From NCBI RefSeq assembly GCF_000143415.4, contig NW_003314387.1, forward strand, positions 186,001 through 250,000: a stretch of DNA of 64,000 bases, written 5' to 3'. The notes below the pieces were generated by a model. The model did no database searches. It was not told where the DNA came from and worked only from the letters and a program-made list of their open reading frames with translations. Below, piece by piece: positions 1 to 10,804 of this stretch. The stretch is from Selaginella moellendorffii (Eukaryota > Plantae > Lycopodiophyta). The position numbers and the translations under genes are program-made. How positions within the stretch are numbered: position 1 is the stretch's first letter; every line of letters starts with the position of its first letter.

Positions 1-428
1 TAATGCAAATGTAGATGGCAATATGTAGCAATAAACCAAGCAATAGAAGATAATCTCAAGTTTGTATTAATTGGAGAGAATAATAAAAAACCTCTTGTTA
101 TAAAAACAAGCTTAGAAGTAAATATTAGATGAACTAATGCTAAATGAACCCTTTGATGAATAGCTATCAAAATCCCACTAGGCTAATATTAAGATACGGT
201 ATTATAACTATACATTTGGACATCACATCATCCCCTCTTAAAATGATGAAAGACAATCAAGGTTCTCTAGATGTTTTTCTTGATGATTGGGCTGGAAAGA
301 CACATAAAACAAGGTTAAGAACTAGCAAACCCAAACCACACAGACCAATGAGCGATTGTTATGGTGTTGATCAAGCTGGAGAAAGAATAGCAAGATCAAA
401 AACTATCAACTAGACAGAGAAAGCAAAC

Positions 429-925
429 CTGGGGCATGTCTTTGAACAAAAGTTTTGTTAGCAACCAAAGACACTCCACACCACTGCCATGAACTAGCCA
501 GGTGATGTGTTTTTGTTGAACAACAATGTTTCCACAGGAATCTTTGCAAGAACTCCTCCAAGGATTGGCCCCGCAACCATTCCCAGGGTCTGGGTGAGAA
601 TGAATGAGCAAGCTTGTGCACATTGTCTGCCTTTGAATACCAACAATACAGGGATCTGTACAATACCTTTTCACAAAGAACCACCCAGTAAAACCAATCC
701 CATTTACCATATGCCCCACCAGAATGAGGTAGAGAACTTTGGTCCGGTCTGCAAGATGATATGGCCAAGAAGCAGGGAAACCGATGACAAGTCTAGAGTT
801 GTGCCATACTTTCTCTCAAATTTTGGCAGGTTGGAGAGTGGAATCACCATGATAGATGAGACGAGAGTTACCACTCCCACAGTCAATCCGCTGAAAAGAG
901 GTCCTCCACCCAAATGTTTGGCATT
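429..925 (-). pseudogene. Decayed MFS transporter pseudogene, N-terminal half; may continue toward the window start
   Basis: Joining minus-strand frames across frameshifts gives AKHLGGGPLFSGLTVGVVTLVSS..LLLGHII/LADRTKVLYLILVGHMVNGIGFTGWFFVKRYCTDPCIVGIQRQTMCTSLL/ILTQTLGMVAGPILGGVLAKIPVETLLFNKNTSPG*FMAVVWSVF/WLLTKLLFKDMPQ. This has an MFS-type GxxxGPxxGG motif, a 4-bp CATT duplication frameshift and a TGG>TAG stop. Confidence 0.75.
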
Positions 926-1541
926 TGATTGACTTCAGCATTTGAGTTTATATGGAAATGAAATCACCTACATGATGTGGCCGTGGGTACAATAACAAAG
1001 AACATGTTAAAAAGGAAGTTTGCATAGAGAATGATGCATAGAGATACTAAAGGAGGAGCTGAAGCTTGGTTGCCATCCTTGCTCTTGGAATCAATGACAA
1101 ACACCTTTTTAAAATAATCCTAAACCTTTGTTTGGCCTAATCTACTCCCGGAGACATTAATCATTTTGGCAATGGTCCTCCTTCCTGACAAATTTCTCAC
1201 TCTTTACAGCCTAATTAGTTTGTGAATGCCATTAAAATTTTGCATAAGCTATAACTGGCTTCATTTTGGTTCACTTAATCGACAATTGTACATTTGACCA
1301 CCACCAAAATGTCTGTGGGCGAAATTCTCAGTCGCTTCTCAGTCGCACAAGGATAACTCTCGATCAGTGGAGGATTCAGTGTCAAGCACTGGCAGCATAG
1401 CAGATTCCGCGTTCTTTGAGGACCAGGAAAGACCTTACTTGCAAGAACTTCTATGGAAGGAAAGTTCGTGACAAGACAACATAGGGAATGGTGGGCGCCA
1501 ACCAAGATCATTGCTTCGCGAATGTGAGCACGAAATCGCTA

Positions 1542-2969
1542 TCATTGCTTCGCGAATGTAGGCATGAAATCGCTATACTGTTCCAACTGATGTGGAAAGA
1601 GGCAGAGCGAGACATCGATGCCGCCATCCACGGGCACAAACATGACGGTGCTCGTCTCTGGATCGAGCGGGAACACCGCGCGGCACGGCTTGCCCCACCC
1701 GAAATCCAGCTCCCGCGCGCCCAGCATCGCGCGCGGCCACGCGTTGATCCCCACGTCGCAATTCCCCGACGAGTACCAGAAATTGCGATTCTCTTCCAGG
1801 AAATCCCACCCGGATCGCAGGTACTCGTCGGTGATCTGCGCGCGCGCGCGCTGGATCTCGATCACCGCCGCCCCCAGCGGCTCGCCCACCAAATCGCGCT
1901 GCGTCATCTCCGCGTGAGCCCAGTAGATCGCGTTCCCCACGAACGTCGCGTCTAGCGGCGGCTGTACCGTGCGGCGGATGTCCAGTACGAATCGAAGCCG
2001 CGAGGTCTCCTCAGGCACCTTCTTGGAGTACCGCGCGGCATACCGCCAGACGTACGCCGCCAGCGCTTCAAACGTGGTGCAACCGCGCGGTACACTTAGA
2101 AGCACGCTGTTCTTGAGATGGGTTAGTGTTTCAAATGAGAAATGAAAGGCCTTGCGTCGCTTGATCTCTCCTGACGCTCTCTTGGATCGCTCGCCGACGC
2201 AAATGGCGGATTCCAGCGTGATCGCATAGCGGCTGGAATCCAGATTTGGGTGATGGATGAATTCATGGTGGGGGAAGCTGGGTTGGGGAGGATGCCTGGC
2301 CTTGAAGACGCTGCGATCGGAGTTGGGATGGAAGAGGAGACCAGCGCCGCGAGCAATCGATGCCAGATTGGAGAGAAAACTGATCCCCGAGGTAGCGTCG
2401 GTGATGGCGTGATGGCACAGCACACCGATAGCAAATCCAGTGTCGCCGCTCAATCCAGTCACCTACATCCAAAACGTATAAAGAAGAGCAAAACGATCGA
2501 TGACGTTCTTTACCTGGATCGTGAGCATTGGGAGCTCTTCGATCGATCGAGCGTCCACTGGGAAGCAAAAGAAAAGATGGGAGATGGAATCCATGGAAGC
2601 GAGCAAGCCCTCGAGGCGGAGATCAGCTCTAGCACTAGCCAGGATCGCCCCAGAGTCATCGCAGCGGATCTCAAGCTTTTGTGTGAGATGGTTTCGCTGA
2701 AACCTCCCGGAGAAGAAATCATGGCTCACGAGAAGTTCTTCCATGGCGTGCTTGATCCCGGAAGAGACCACCTCGGGATCTTCGGGGCCCGAGAAAACAA
2801 GGAGATTGCGCTGGTAAGCTCCAAATCGCTGGTCGATGCTGCTGAGAAACATGATCCTTGGTGAAATAGCATCGTCCCTCACGATGGATTTGGATTTGGA
2901 TTTGACTAGCAACACTTTCTCCACACGAACTATAGGAAGTTTGCTCTCGTATTTTGGAGCTATTTCCAT
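1542..2969 (-). CDS. BAHD acyltransferase; exons 2969-2514 and 2462-1542, 51-nt GT-AG intron
   Basis: HXXXD motif (HHAITD) and DFGWG motif. The intron sits at the conserved ...IQ|V... position (CAG|GTA ... TAG|GTG). Confidence 0.92.
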
Positions 2970-5115
2970 CTGAGCCTTCAGATTGGACAATTACTAACTA
3001 TATGAAGTGGACATGTGAAATTCTTTGGCGACAAAGCTGCCAATTTATAGTCAAAGATTGTTCAAAAAGAACTCGACTTCTTTGACTTACTGTGGCACAC
3101 GATTATCACGTCTTGATCATGGCGACGAATTTTCAAAGGCAACTCCAACATTCCATGAGTGTTCAATTTTCTCTTCTTTCTTCTTGTTCCTTTTCTACAT
3201 AAGTTTTTTATTTAAGCAAGCCATGATCAACGTAGTAAAAGCCTGTGAATGTGAAGCTCAAATTGGGAACTAATGGTTTGATTTAGGGCATTTCCAGGGA
3301 TTGGTCACTCTCATTCACATGCAATCGAAAGCACTTTCCTATACTATATAATAACGTTTTCTTCTTGGGTTACATATTCTTAACATGATTACTAAAACAC
3401 TAAAAACAACTTAAAGAGAAAGTAACAAGTATGACTTGCATGTTGTCAAATAGCTCAAGCTCACTATAAAAATATTATGACTAATTCTATCAAAGATTAT
3501 TCATATGACAATGATTATATGATTGCATATGTGAGTATTATATATTTACACATGTGTGATTTATTTTATTTTGTTTTGAGTTGCAAAAATATTATGCACA
3601 CAATCACTTTTTGATTGCTATAATAGCAATTGAAAACTTGATTGTCTGTATAATATTTACATGCCATGTATGTATGGGGCATGACATGGCATGTCATTCC
3701 ATACAAAGTGATGTCACCAAGAATACATTGAGAGCAGATTTTGAGCATGCAATTGGGCAGTGGTGCAGTGGTGTTGTACCAGAAGGGGTTGAAGAAGAGC
3801 TTGATGGTGGCTGGGAGCACAGCAAGCTCCAGGTTGTTAACCACAAGTCACTTGAACTTGTACTTGTATCCTAGGGAGATCTTAGTACAGCTCAAGGAGC
3901 ACCAAAGGCCTATATTGTGTCTAGTGCATTGGAAGATCTTTCCTTAGATGGCGACTGAGTAAGATCTTTGTCAGTGAGACACTATTGAAAGCATGATAGT
4001 TTTTACCACCACCACCATAATCACTACCAGGATGAGAGCTTGGACTAGAACTCAAGTCATCAGAATTCCAAAGGTGGTGGTGGTTCCCATAGAGTTTACT
4101 ATGAAGAGAGCTTGGACTATAGCTTGAGCAAATGTGACAGTAGGAAAGATGAGAGCATGTTAGAGGTCAACCACTTGATAAGTTATCTGGAAGTTGAGGA
4201 AGTTATTGAGAACTTTGGGATCAATCTCAAGCCTCTTAACTTGGGGGTTGTCAGATGGCACAATCTGTTTCATTCGAGAGCATCCAAACTTCCAGCCGTT
4301 GCTCTAGACTCCAAGGATGATTTCTTTTCCAGGACTGTCACTGAGTCTCATACAATTGTTGGTTTCTGTTTATCTCAATTGCTTACTGCACTTGTAAATA
4401 TGTAGCAACAAAAGAGAGACCTTTGTCTGGAGGCGCCAACCAGTCAAACTGCATGGCTTGCCAGCTCTTGTGAGACTCAGGACTGCCAAAGCTTAAGCAT
4501 TTCTCCATGAAGAAGTATGAAACAGCTGGTGAAGATTTTATTAATTCTACTCCATGCACATTTATTGAAAGATTGTCAGATGAAGAATTCAAAAGAGCCC
4601 AACCTTGAGTCTATTTTTTAATTCTTAGCCAAGTTTTACCACCCTCATTTCTTTTTGTGTTTATGCAAGTGAGAGCCATTCTCCTCTTTTCATATGGATA
4701 GTTTGGTACTGCCAGCAAGAAGGCAATTGTCCAATATGGGAAGATTGACCATGTGGCTTCATTTCCTTTTCTTTTAAAAATGCACTAAATGGTTTGTCAA
4801 GGTTTGTTGAGTGCAAAAAGTGTGGAACAGAAGCTTTCACTATATGTTTGTGGAGATCCATACATCTAACGAGAGATTGTATGCACTATCTAGAGCAAGG
4901 TAAATGGCAGTCTTTTTTTTTTCTCACTCAACATTTTATTTGCAGATAAAACAAATAAAAATGTATTTGTTGATTGCATCAAAGATTGATTTCCATTGCA
5001 TGGTATGATGTAACATATATGTTTTTCACCCTTTACCCTATAGTGATTTATTATAGATGGAGCCTTGGCCATATGTTCAAGAGCAACAGAGCAAAACCCA
5101 AGGTTTAGAGCCTTG

Positions 5116-6809
5116 TGTAAGCGACTAAATTTTCCATTCTATTTTAGTCACTTAACCACACTTCTGACCACTTGGAGGAGTCTCATTCACAACCTCTATA
5201 AGTCCAATTCAGGACTTGGGACTTGCTAGCCCCGAGAATGCCATCCATGCCACCCAACATTTGCACTTGGTCCAAGTGCTCCACGTGTCCGATCCCATGA
5301 CCGACACTCAAAGGTACCACCGACATGGCAGCTTGTCACGCTAAGGCCATGCCTAATCACCTTTACCACACTAGTAGTCCAATACCACATGCATCCCAGT
5401 CTTGGCTCTCCAAGACTAGGCAAACCATCCGTGAGTGGTCATCTCAGATCCACTCCTTAGCATCCTTAGGATGCCCACCGACAAGGGGAATAGCCTTCCC
5501 CAATATCCCTCTGTCAGTCCCCACTAAGTCCCTTTCTGCCCCTGGCCGTGTTTGCCAACACTGTCACTGGATCGAGGCCCACAGGCCCGACCACTAAGTC
5601 CCATGGTCCTCTGGGACTTCCTCACCATACGACTGTGTCCTTGGTCACTACCCCAGAGGACTGCTTCTCTTCCTTTCCACAGTCTGGGCCTTTGGGGACA
5701 ACATTTCGGAACACCATGGCCTCACGTGAGCCTCCTGGGTACTCTCCCCACCTTCCGCCCTTGGGTGCTCTAGCCATGGGCTTAGAGCGAGGTTCTGTTG
5801 AGCCACGCCTGGTATCCAAGTAGGTAGTGCCACCCACACTTGGACTGGGAGCATCGGCCAGTCGATCTCCCGGGGGAACTAGAGCCGGCTCTTGAACATT
5901 TCACCAAGCTACCCCGCTTGTCGGTCCATGTTCACTCTAGTCTTGGACTTCCCAGTGGTCAGCTCATCACCCAACACTGGGTCTAGCCTTCCTAGGCCAA
6001 ACTAGCCTTTCCTGGCCAAACTGGCTCCACTGTAGTCCTCCCCCTTTACTATACTTTTGGAGCTCACCAAACCCCCTAGGGTCTGGGAGACGAACACTTT
6101 GGGCTTTCACCCTCTCAGACTCGGACTCGGACTCAGACTCGGACTCGGACTCGGACTCGGACTCAGGCTTGGGCTCGGTCTCAGCCTTGGCCTCGGTCTC
6201 GGTCTTGGTCTCAGTCCCAGTCCCGGTCTCGGTCTCGGTCTCGGTCTCGGTCCTGGTCTCGGTCTCGATCTCGGACTCCATCTCGGGTCCTTCTCGGACT
6301 CCATCTTGGACTCCATCTCGGACTCCATCTCGGGTCCATCTCGGACTCCGTCTCGGTCCACCTCGGACTCCATCTTGGACTCCATCTCGGGTCCATCTCG
6401 GACTCCATCTCGGGTCCATCTCGGACTCCATCTCGGGTCCATCTCGGACTCCGTCTCGGTCCACCTCGAACTCCATCTCGGACTCCATCTCGGGTCCATC
6501 TCGGACTCCATCTCGGACTCCATCTCGGGTCCATCTCAGACTCCGTCTTGGTCCGTCTCAGACTCCATCTCGGACACTTCCACGTGTCATGTGTTGGTCC
6601 CTTTTGGGTCCCTTTTTGGAGCCTTGCTTATTTCTCGCTTCGTGTTCGCTCCTTGAGCACTTTGTTGGGAGTTCCACTCCCGCTCTCGACCTTCCAAGTC
6701 AGAGCTTTTAGTCTAAATGTGTTACACTCGTTTGGGTTTTTGCTTTGGCCACTACTATGTGACACCCTTTCCGGCTCCACTTTGGGGCCTAGGGATTTTG
6801 TGTCTCACA
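5116..6809 (-). repeat. 3' LTR of element A
   Basis: TGTAAGCGACT...GTCTCACA; direct repeat of 10805-12471. Confidence 0.95.
6114..6575. repeat. LTR-internal minisatellite: (TCGGAC)n/(TCGGTC)n followed by TCCATCTCGGAC / TCCATCTCGGG 12- and 9-mer units
   Basis: Directly visible. Equivalent arrays of different length lie at 11809-12237 and 38003-38581. Confidence 0.95.
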
Positions 6810-6810
6810 A

Positions 6811-6822
6811 CTCCACCACCCA
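6811..6822 (-). promoter_or_regulatory. Polypurine tract of element A
   Basis: Minus strand reads TGGGTGGTGGAG, one base before the TG of the 3' LTR. Confidence 0.7.
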
Positions 6823-7930
6823 TAAACGAAGTTTGATGTCCTCATCGAACGGTAAACCATTTTATAAAGTAACACCCGCATGTGTTACCATTTCCATCCT
6901 TGGCACCTAGCTAATATTTGTCAATGGTTTGACATTGAAGGCTCACCATGCCTTCTCCATATTTGTCAATGGTTTGACACCAAAGGCTCACCATGCCTTG
7001 CCCATCCTCTAAGGAGGATAGTCTCTCCAACTTAGAGACTCACTTGACCACTTGGGGTGGGTTGCTCCTTTTTATTGGTTCAGTCCTCGCTAAACCTGTT
7101 AAAGACACCCTCTCTAACTCAATTCCACTACTCATTTTTGAGTAGTCCCAGATTCCATTAATCTACCTTTGCACTTTGGAACGTTTACTTTTGACTTCTT
7201 GAAGTCAATTTCCTAGGTGTCTCTGACACCTTGCTTTGCACATTTTGTGCAACTCCACTTCCCCTCCTAGGAAGTTCTCTACTCGAGGGCACCCTCATCC
7301 TCTTTTCTATTTTTGTGCCCCTATTAGCATTACGTTCCATTCATCATTATTTGTGCTAGGGCTGTCCACGGCCCTATCTTTTGGCTACTTAGTTGCTTCC
7401 TCACTTGGAGCCTTTCCTTTGCCAAATTGGAGCACTTGGGAATCCATCCTTAGAAGTCCACTTCTTTTTCCGCAATCCGTTAGCATCAACCACATTAGTG
7501 TTCCTTGGCTAACTTTGCCACTTGGATTCTTTCCAATGGATTCCACGGCCCTATCATGGGCACTCGTCTTTTGCTCCTATCCTTGGATTGTTGCACCAAG
7601 CAACATAGGATCATTACTTCCATTTTTGAGGTTTCCTTTCAGTTCCATAGCAAACATTTTGCTTTGCCAAGTCCAAAGGGTGTTCACCCCTAGTACGTCT
7701 GTTTAACATTTTCTGTCGTGAGCTCTATCCACGGCCCAACTTTTTGAGACCCTCCCTTGGATCTTTTATAGAGACTACTTTCCTTGGACTTACTATGCTA
7801 TAGCATTGACATAGCTCATTTCCCTTAGATGTTCTTCCCACTTGGTCACCTCAACCTAGTGATCTTATCTTAACCCCTTAATAGGTCTATCAATAGGGAC
7901 TAGGTCTTCCAGACCCTTCTAAGTTGTTGA

Positions 7931-8539
7931 CTATGACCCCGGGGGCATCCCCCACACTTGGCAGTGCGCCCAAGCCAGCCCTTCCGGCCAAGGATCCATA
8001 GCAACTAAGACTGGGTGTCCCCATCTCATTCACCACGTTCTTGGTGCCCTTTGCACCAAAGTGTTCAAGTTAGATATGCCGAGCTTTCACTCTAAGCAAT
8101 CTAACCATGCATCACGACTCCGAAGCATCCCTCGTTTGGTGGTGTGCCCAAACCAGTCTCCACACTGAGAGTCCATGACCACCGAAAAATGAGTGTCCTC
8201 ATATTCCAAACCATCACCACGCCCTAGTGAGTTGGGACTCGAACCCAAGCACTAGAGGGTCGGGACTCGAACCCAACCTCCGTATATGCATCTACGGACG
8301 GCATCCCTCAGGATGCCTGGCGTGACTCTCCACGCTGGTGCACCAACTTTTACTCAAAGCGCGCTATAGATCACAGCTTAGGAACTTAGTTCCTCCGCAC
8401 TGCCAAGTCCTCTCACTTGACAAGTCTGTGATCATGCATGGACTCTTCCATGCTTGGCCCCATGGCCCACCCCTTTTGAAGTTATCACCTTCAACTAGGG
8501 TATTTGTTCCCCTGACTTGCCAATCTCACTTGGCAAGTC
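7931..8539 (-). ncRNA. Putative structured cis-acting RNA cassette of the LTR element: two cloverleaf domains, two tRNA T-arm mimics and a hairpin array
   Basis: About 15 short perfect or near-perfect stems. Compensatory changes between the two internal domains. Substitutions versus copy B (40179-40784) are biased to loops. G-U pairs work on the minus (element-sense) strand. Confidence 0.7.
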
Positions 8540-10790
8540 TTCCGACCACTGTAACATGGTTCCTGCATAAGCGTGAAAGCCCTTGATCATCGACTTTCGT
8601 TCAAAGCCCTCTCTTTGAACACTCAGGAACTATTTCCTTAACCTTAATAGCTTTGCCTCATGGCAAGCTTCAAGACCACGCTTCTGCTGCGCCACTCTGA
8701 TTTCACGCTTTCCTTGAACCATTTACGCTTGGCCTTTCTAGGTACTAAGCTACCTAGAATCGTCTTTGGGAACCTTGAAGGAACTCTGTCCCTTAGCTTG
8801 CTAAGGCCTCCCTTTTTGCAAGCTTTCCAATTACCATATAGTCTAATATGAACAATTCCATATTTTAGATTTTTTATGGCATCACGGTTGCTAGCGGCAA
8901 CACCCTTGAGCCCCCACTTGATTCTCCACTCCCAGCTGGCATAACCAACCTTGGTTATGCCCTTCGATTCCTATGATTCGGTTCTACCCCCTTACTTCTT
9001 GCTTTTGGCTTCACACCTTTGGTCATTCTCCTCTAGACCAGGAGGATAGCTTTACACTTTCTATCATGCCTTAGCAAGTATTCTTAGGGATGAACTTACC
9101 TGATAGCCTAGGGAGTGGTTCCTCAATCCAGGTATGCTCACCCTATAATCCCACACACCGAGATTACGTTTTTGCTTATGGGCCTTTACATGCCCATCGC
9201 TCGCCTTGCCAAAATTCCATTTTTGGCTTTGTCCAATTCGAGTAGACAGACTTCTCCTGTCTCCGCCACCTTGGACATTTGGATAGCACCTTCTATCCAT
9301 CATTCGCTAGGGACTTAGTCCCTTGGGCCTTATCTATTTCCCTCGCGACATCAAACACCACCTCCTGGTGTTCTAGAGTGTTCGGGTGTCCCAATGACGG
9401 CTTCCTTGACAATGAGTATTTCCTTTCATGACATTGACTTACTATATCACAACATAAGCAACTTATCCCCCGTAAGGGTATATTCAATTTCCTTATGCCA
9501 TTAAGAAGGCTTGGGTAGCTACCTTCTACCCATTTAACCAATTATTTTGCACCTCTTGCTTAGTTGCCTCATAGATGTCAAATCCTACAACTCATTGCTG
9601 GTGCTTCCACACCTCCATCATTATCTGGGTCACCACACTCCAACTGCATGCTCTGAAGTTTAGGTTATGCCATTCCCATTTCCATTGGGATTCCTTTGGC
9701 AAGGGGTTCTCATGAACCCACCAACATAGCCTCAAGGTATCACACCTTGGCACATTTGGTGTCTCCACACCATCGGCTCTACGAGCCTACCTCTATGACA
9801 CTTCTTCTTTGTGTCTAAGTCTTTTGCTAAGACGAATACCACTCTTTCTCATGCCAACCATCCATTAGCACTGCACCATAGAGGTCACACACAACTTTGT
9901 TTCAAAGTTGTTTTCTTTTGGGAACACCCTTCCCACGACTTTAGCATGGCACATTTTGCCATCGATGAGATACCCTCTGTTTTCATCCTTGGATCCTATG
10001 ATCCACCCCCATCCTTCGTGGGGTACCACACACTTTAGTCTAAATGCTTCTATTAGTCCTTTAGGACCATTCCTTGACTCTACTTGAGTCATCCAGCAGT
10101 TTTGGACTTGGTTAATCCACAGACCCGTAAGGTCCTACTTGTCGAGCACTAGCTCACTGGAATACACTTCTTGCATTCATGTTCTCACTCACAAGGACTA
10201 TTTTCACAAGTGTTACTCTGACACTTGATTTTGTTCTCTGGGGCAACCTTTGCCCCTTATGACTACTTGTCCATGTGATGAGAATACCAACACTTCTCTA
10301 AGTACACCCCCCAACTCCTTGGGTTGTTCCAGCATTTATTAAAGGTAGCCCCGGCTACCATTTCAAAGACTTGAGTCCTCTTCTGTATTTGACCTCCCAT
10401 AGTCATTACTTCTGGTCTCACATTCATGAGCACCATATGAGGATAATCTTGTGACTCCTTTATTGCTTTGGAGTCTTTATCTTTCCCGTGATCCCAACTA
10501 TAGTTGTTTATCACAACTACATTAGCCCGTTTGTTGTGTCAAACACTCATTTGGATCACATCCTCAACTCTCTAAAGAAACCTTATACTGTTCCCAATAT
10601 CCCAAAGTCGTTCCATTATTGGCCCTTTTCTATCCACCACATTGTGCCCAAGTTCACGCATGAACTTGAGTGGAGAGCCATGTCCTCTCGACATGCTACT
10701 CCTCAAGGATAAGCCCACTCCTAGGACCTTCCGATGCCAACATCAATGGTGATATACTTGAGCACCAATAAAAGTCGGACTAAGGAACAA

Positions 10791-10801
10791 CTCCGATACC
10801 A
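10791..10801 (-). promoter_or_regulatory. Primer-binding site (tRNA-iMet type) of element A
   Basis: Minus strand TGGTATCGGAG, 3 nt after the CA of the 5' LTR. The canonical plant iMet PBS is TGGTATCAGAGC. Confidence 0.88.
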
Positions 10802-10804
10802 AGT

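Noticed and set aside
3725-4420. Decayed coding-like sequence with a short match to 13640-13700 (DFEH..SGAVVxYQ)
   Set aside because: Probably TE debris, but no family motif is recognisable and boundaries are unclear.
6270-6575. Regularly spaced repeats suggesting a CRISPR array
   Set aside because: No unique spacers, eukaryotic context, no cas genes.
5967-6711. Many overlapping ORFs (MESEMESE.., LGLGLG.., SRTPSRTP..), also at 11581-12373 and 37725-38797
   Set aside because: Stop-free by-products of the LTR minisatellite, open in several frames on both strands.
8230-8345. Possible true tRNA gene
   Set aside because: Two T-arms, no canonical D-arm/anticodon/acceptor arrangement; reported as a mimic instead.
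8338-8586. 82-aa plus-strand ORF conserved in both element copies (also 40583-40831)
   Set aside because: GTG start, antisense to the element, many non-synonymous changes; conservation is better explained by RNA structure.
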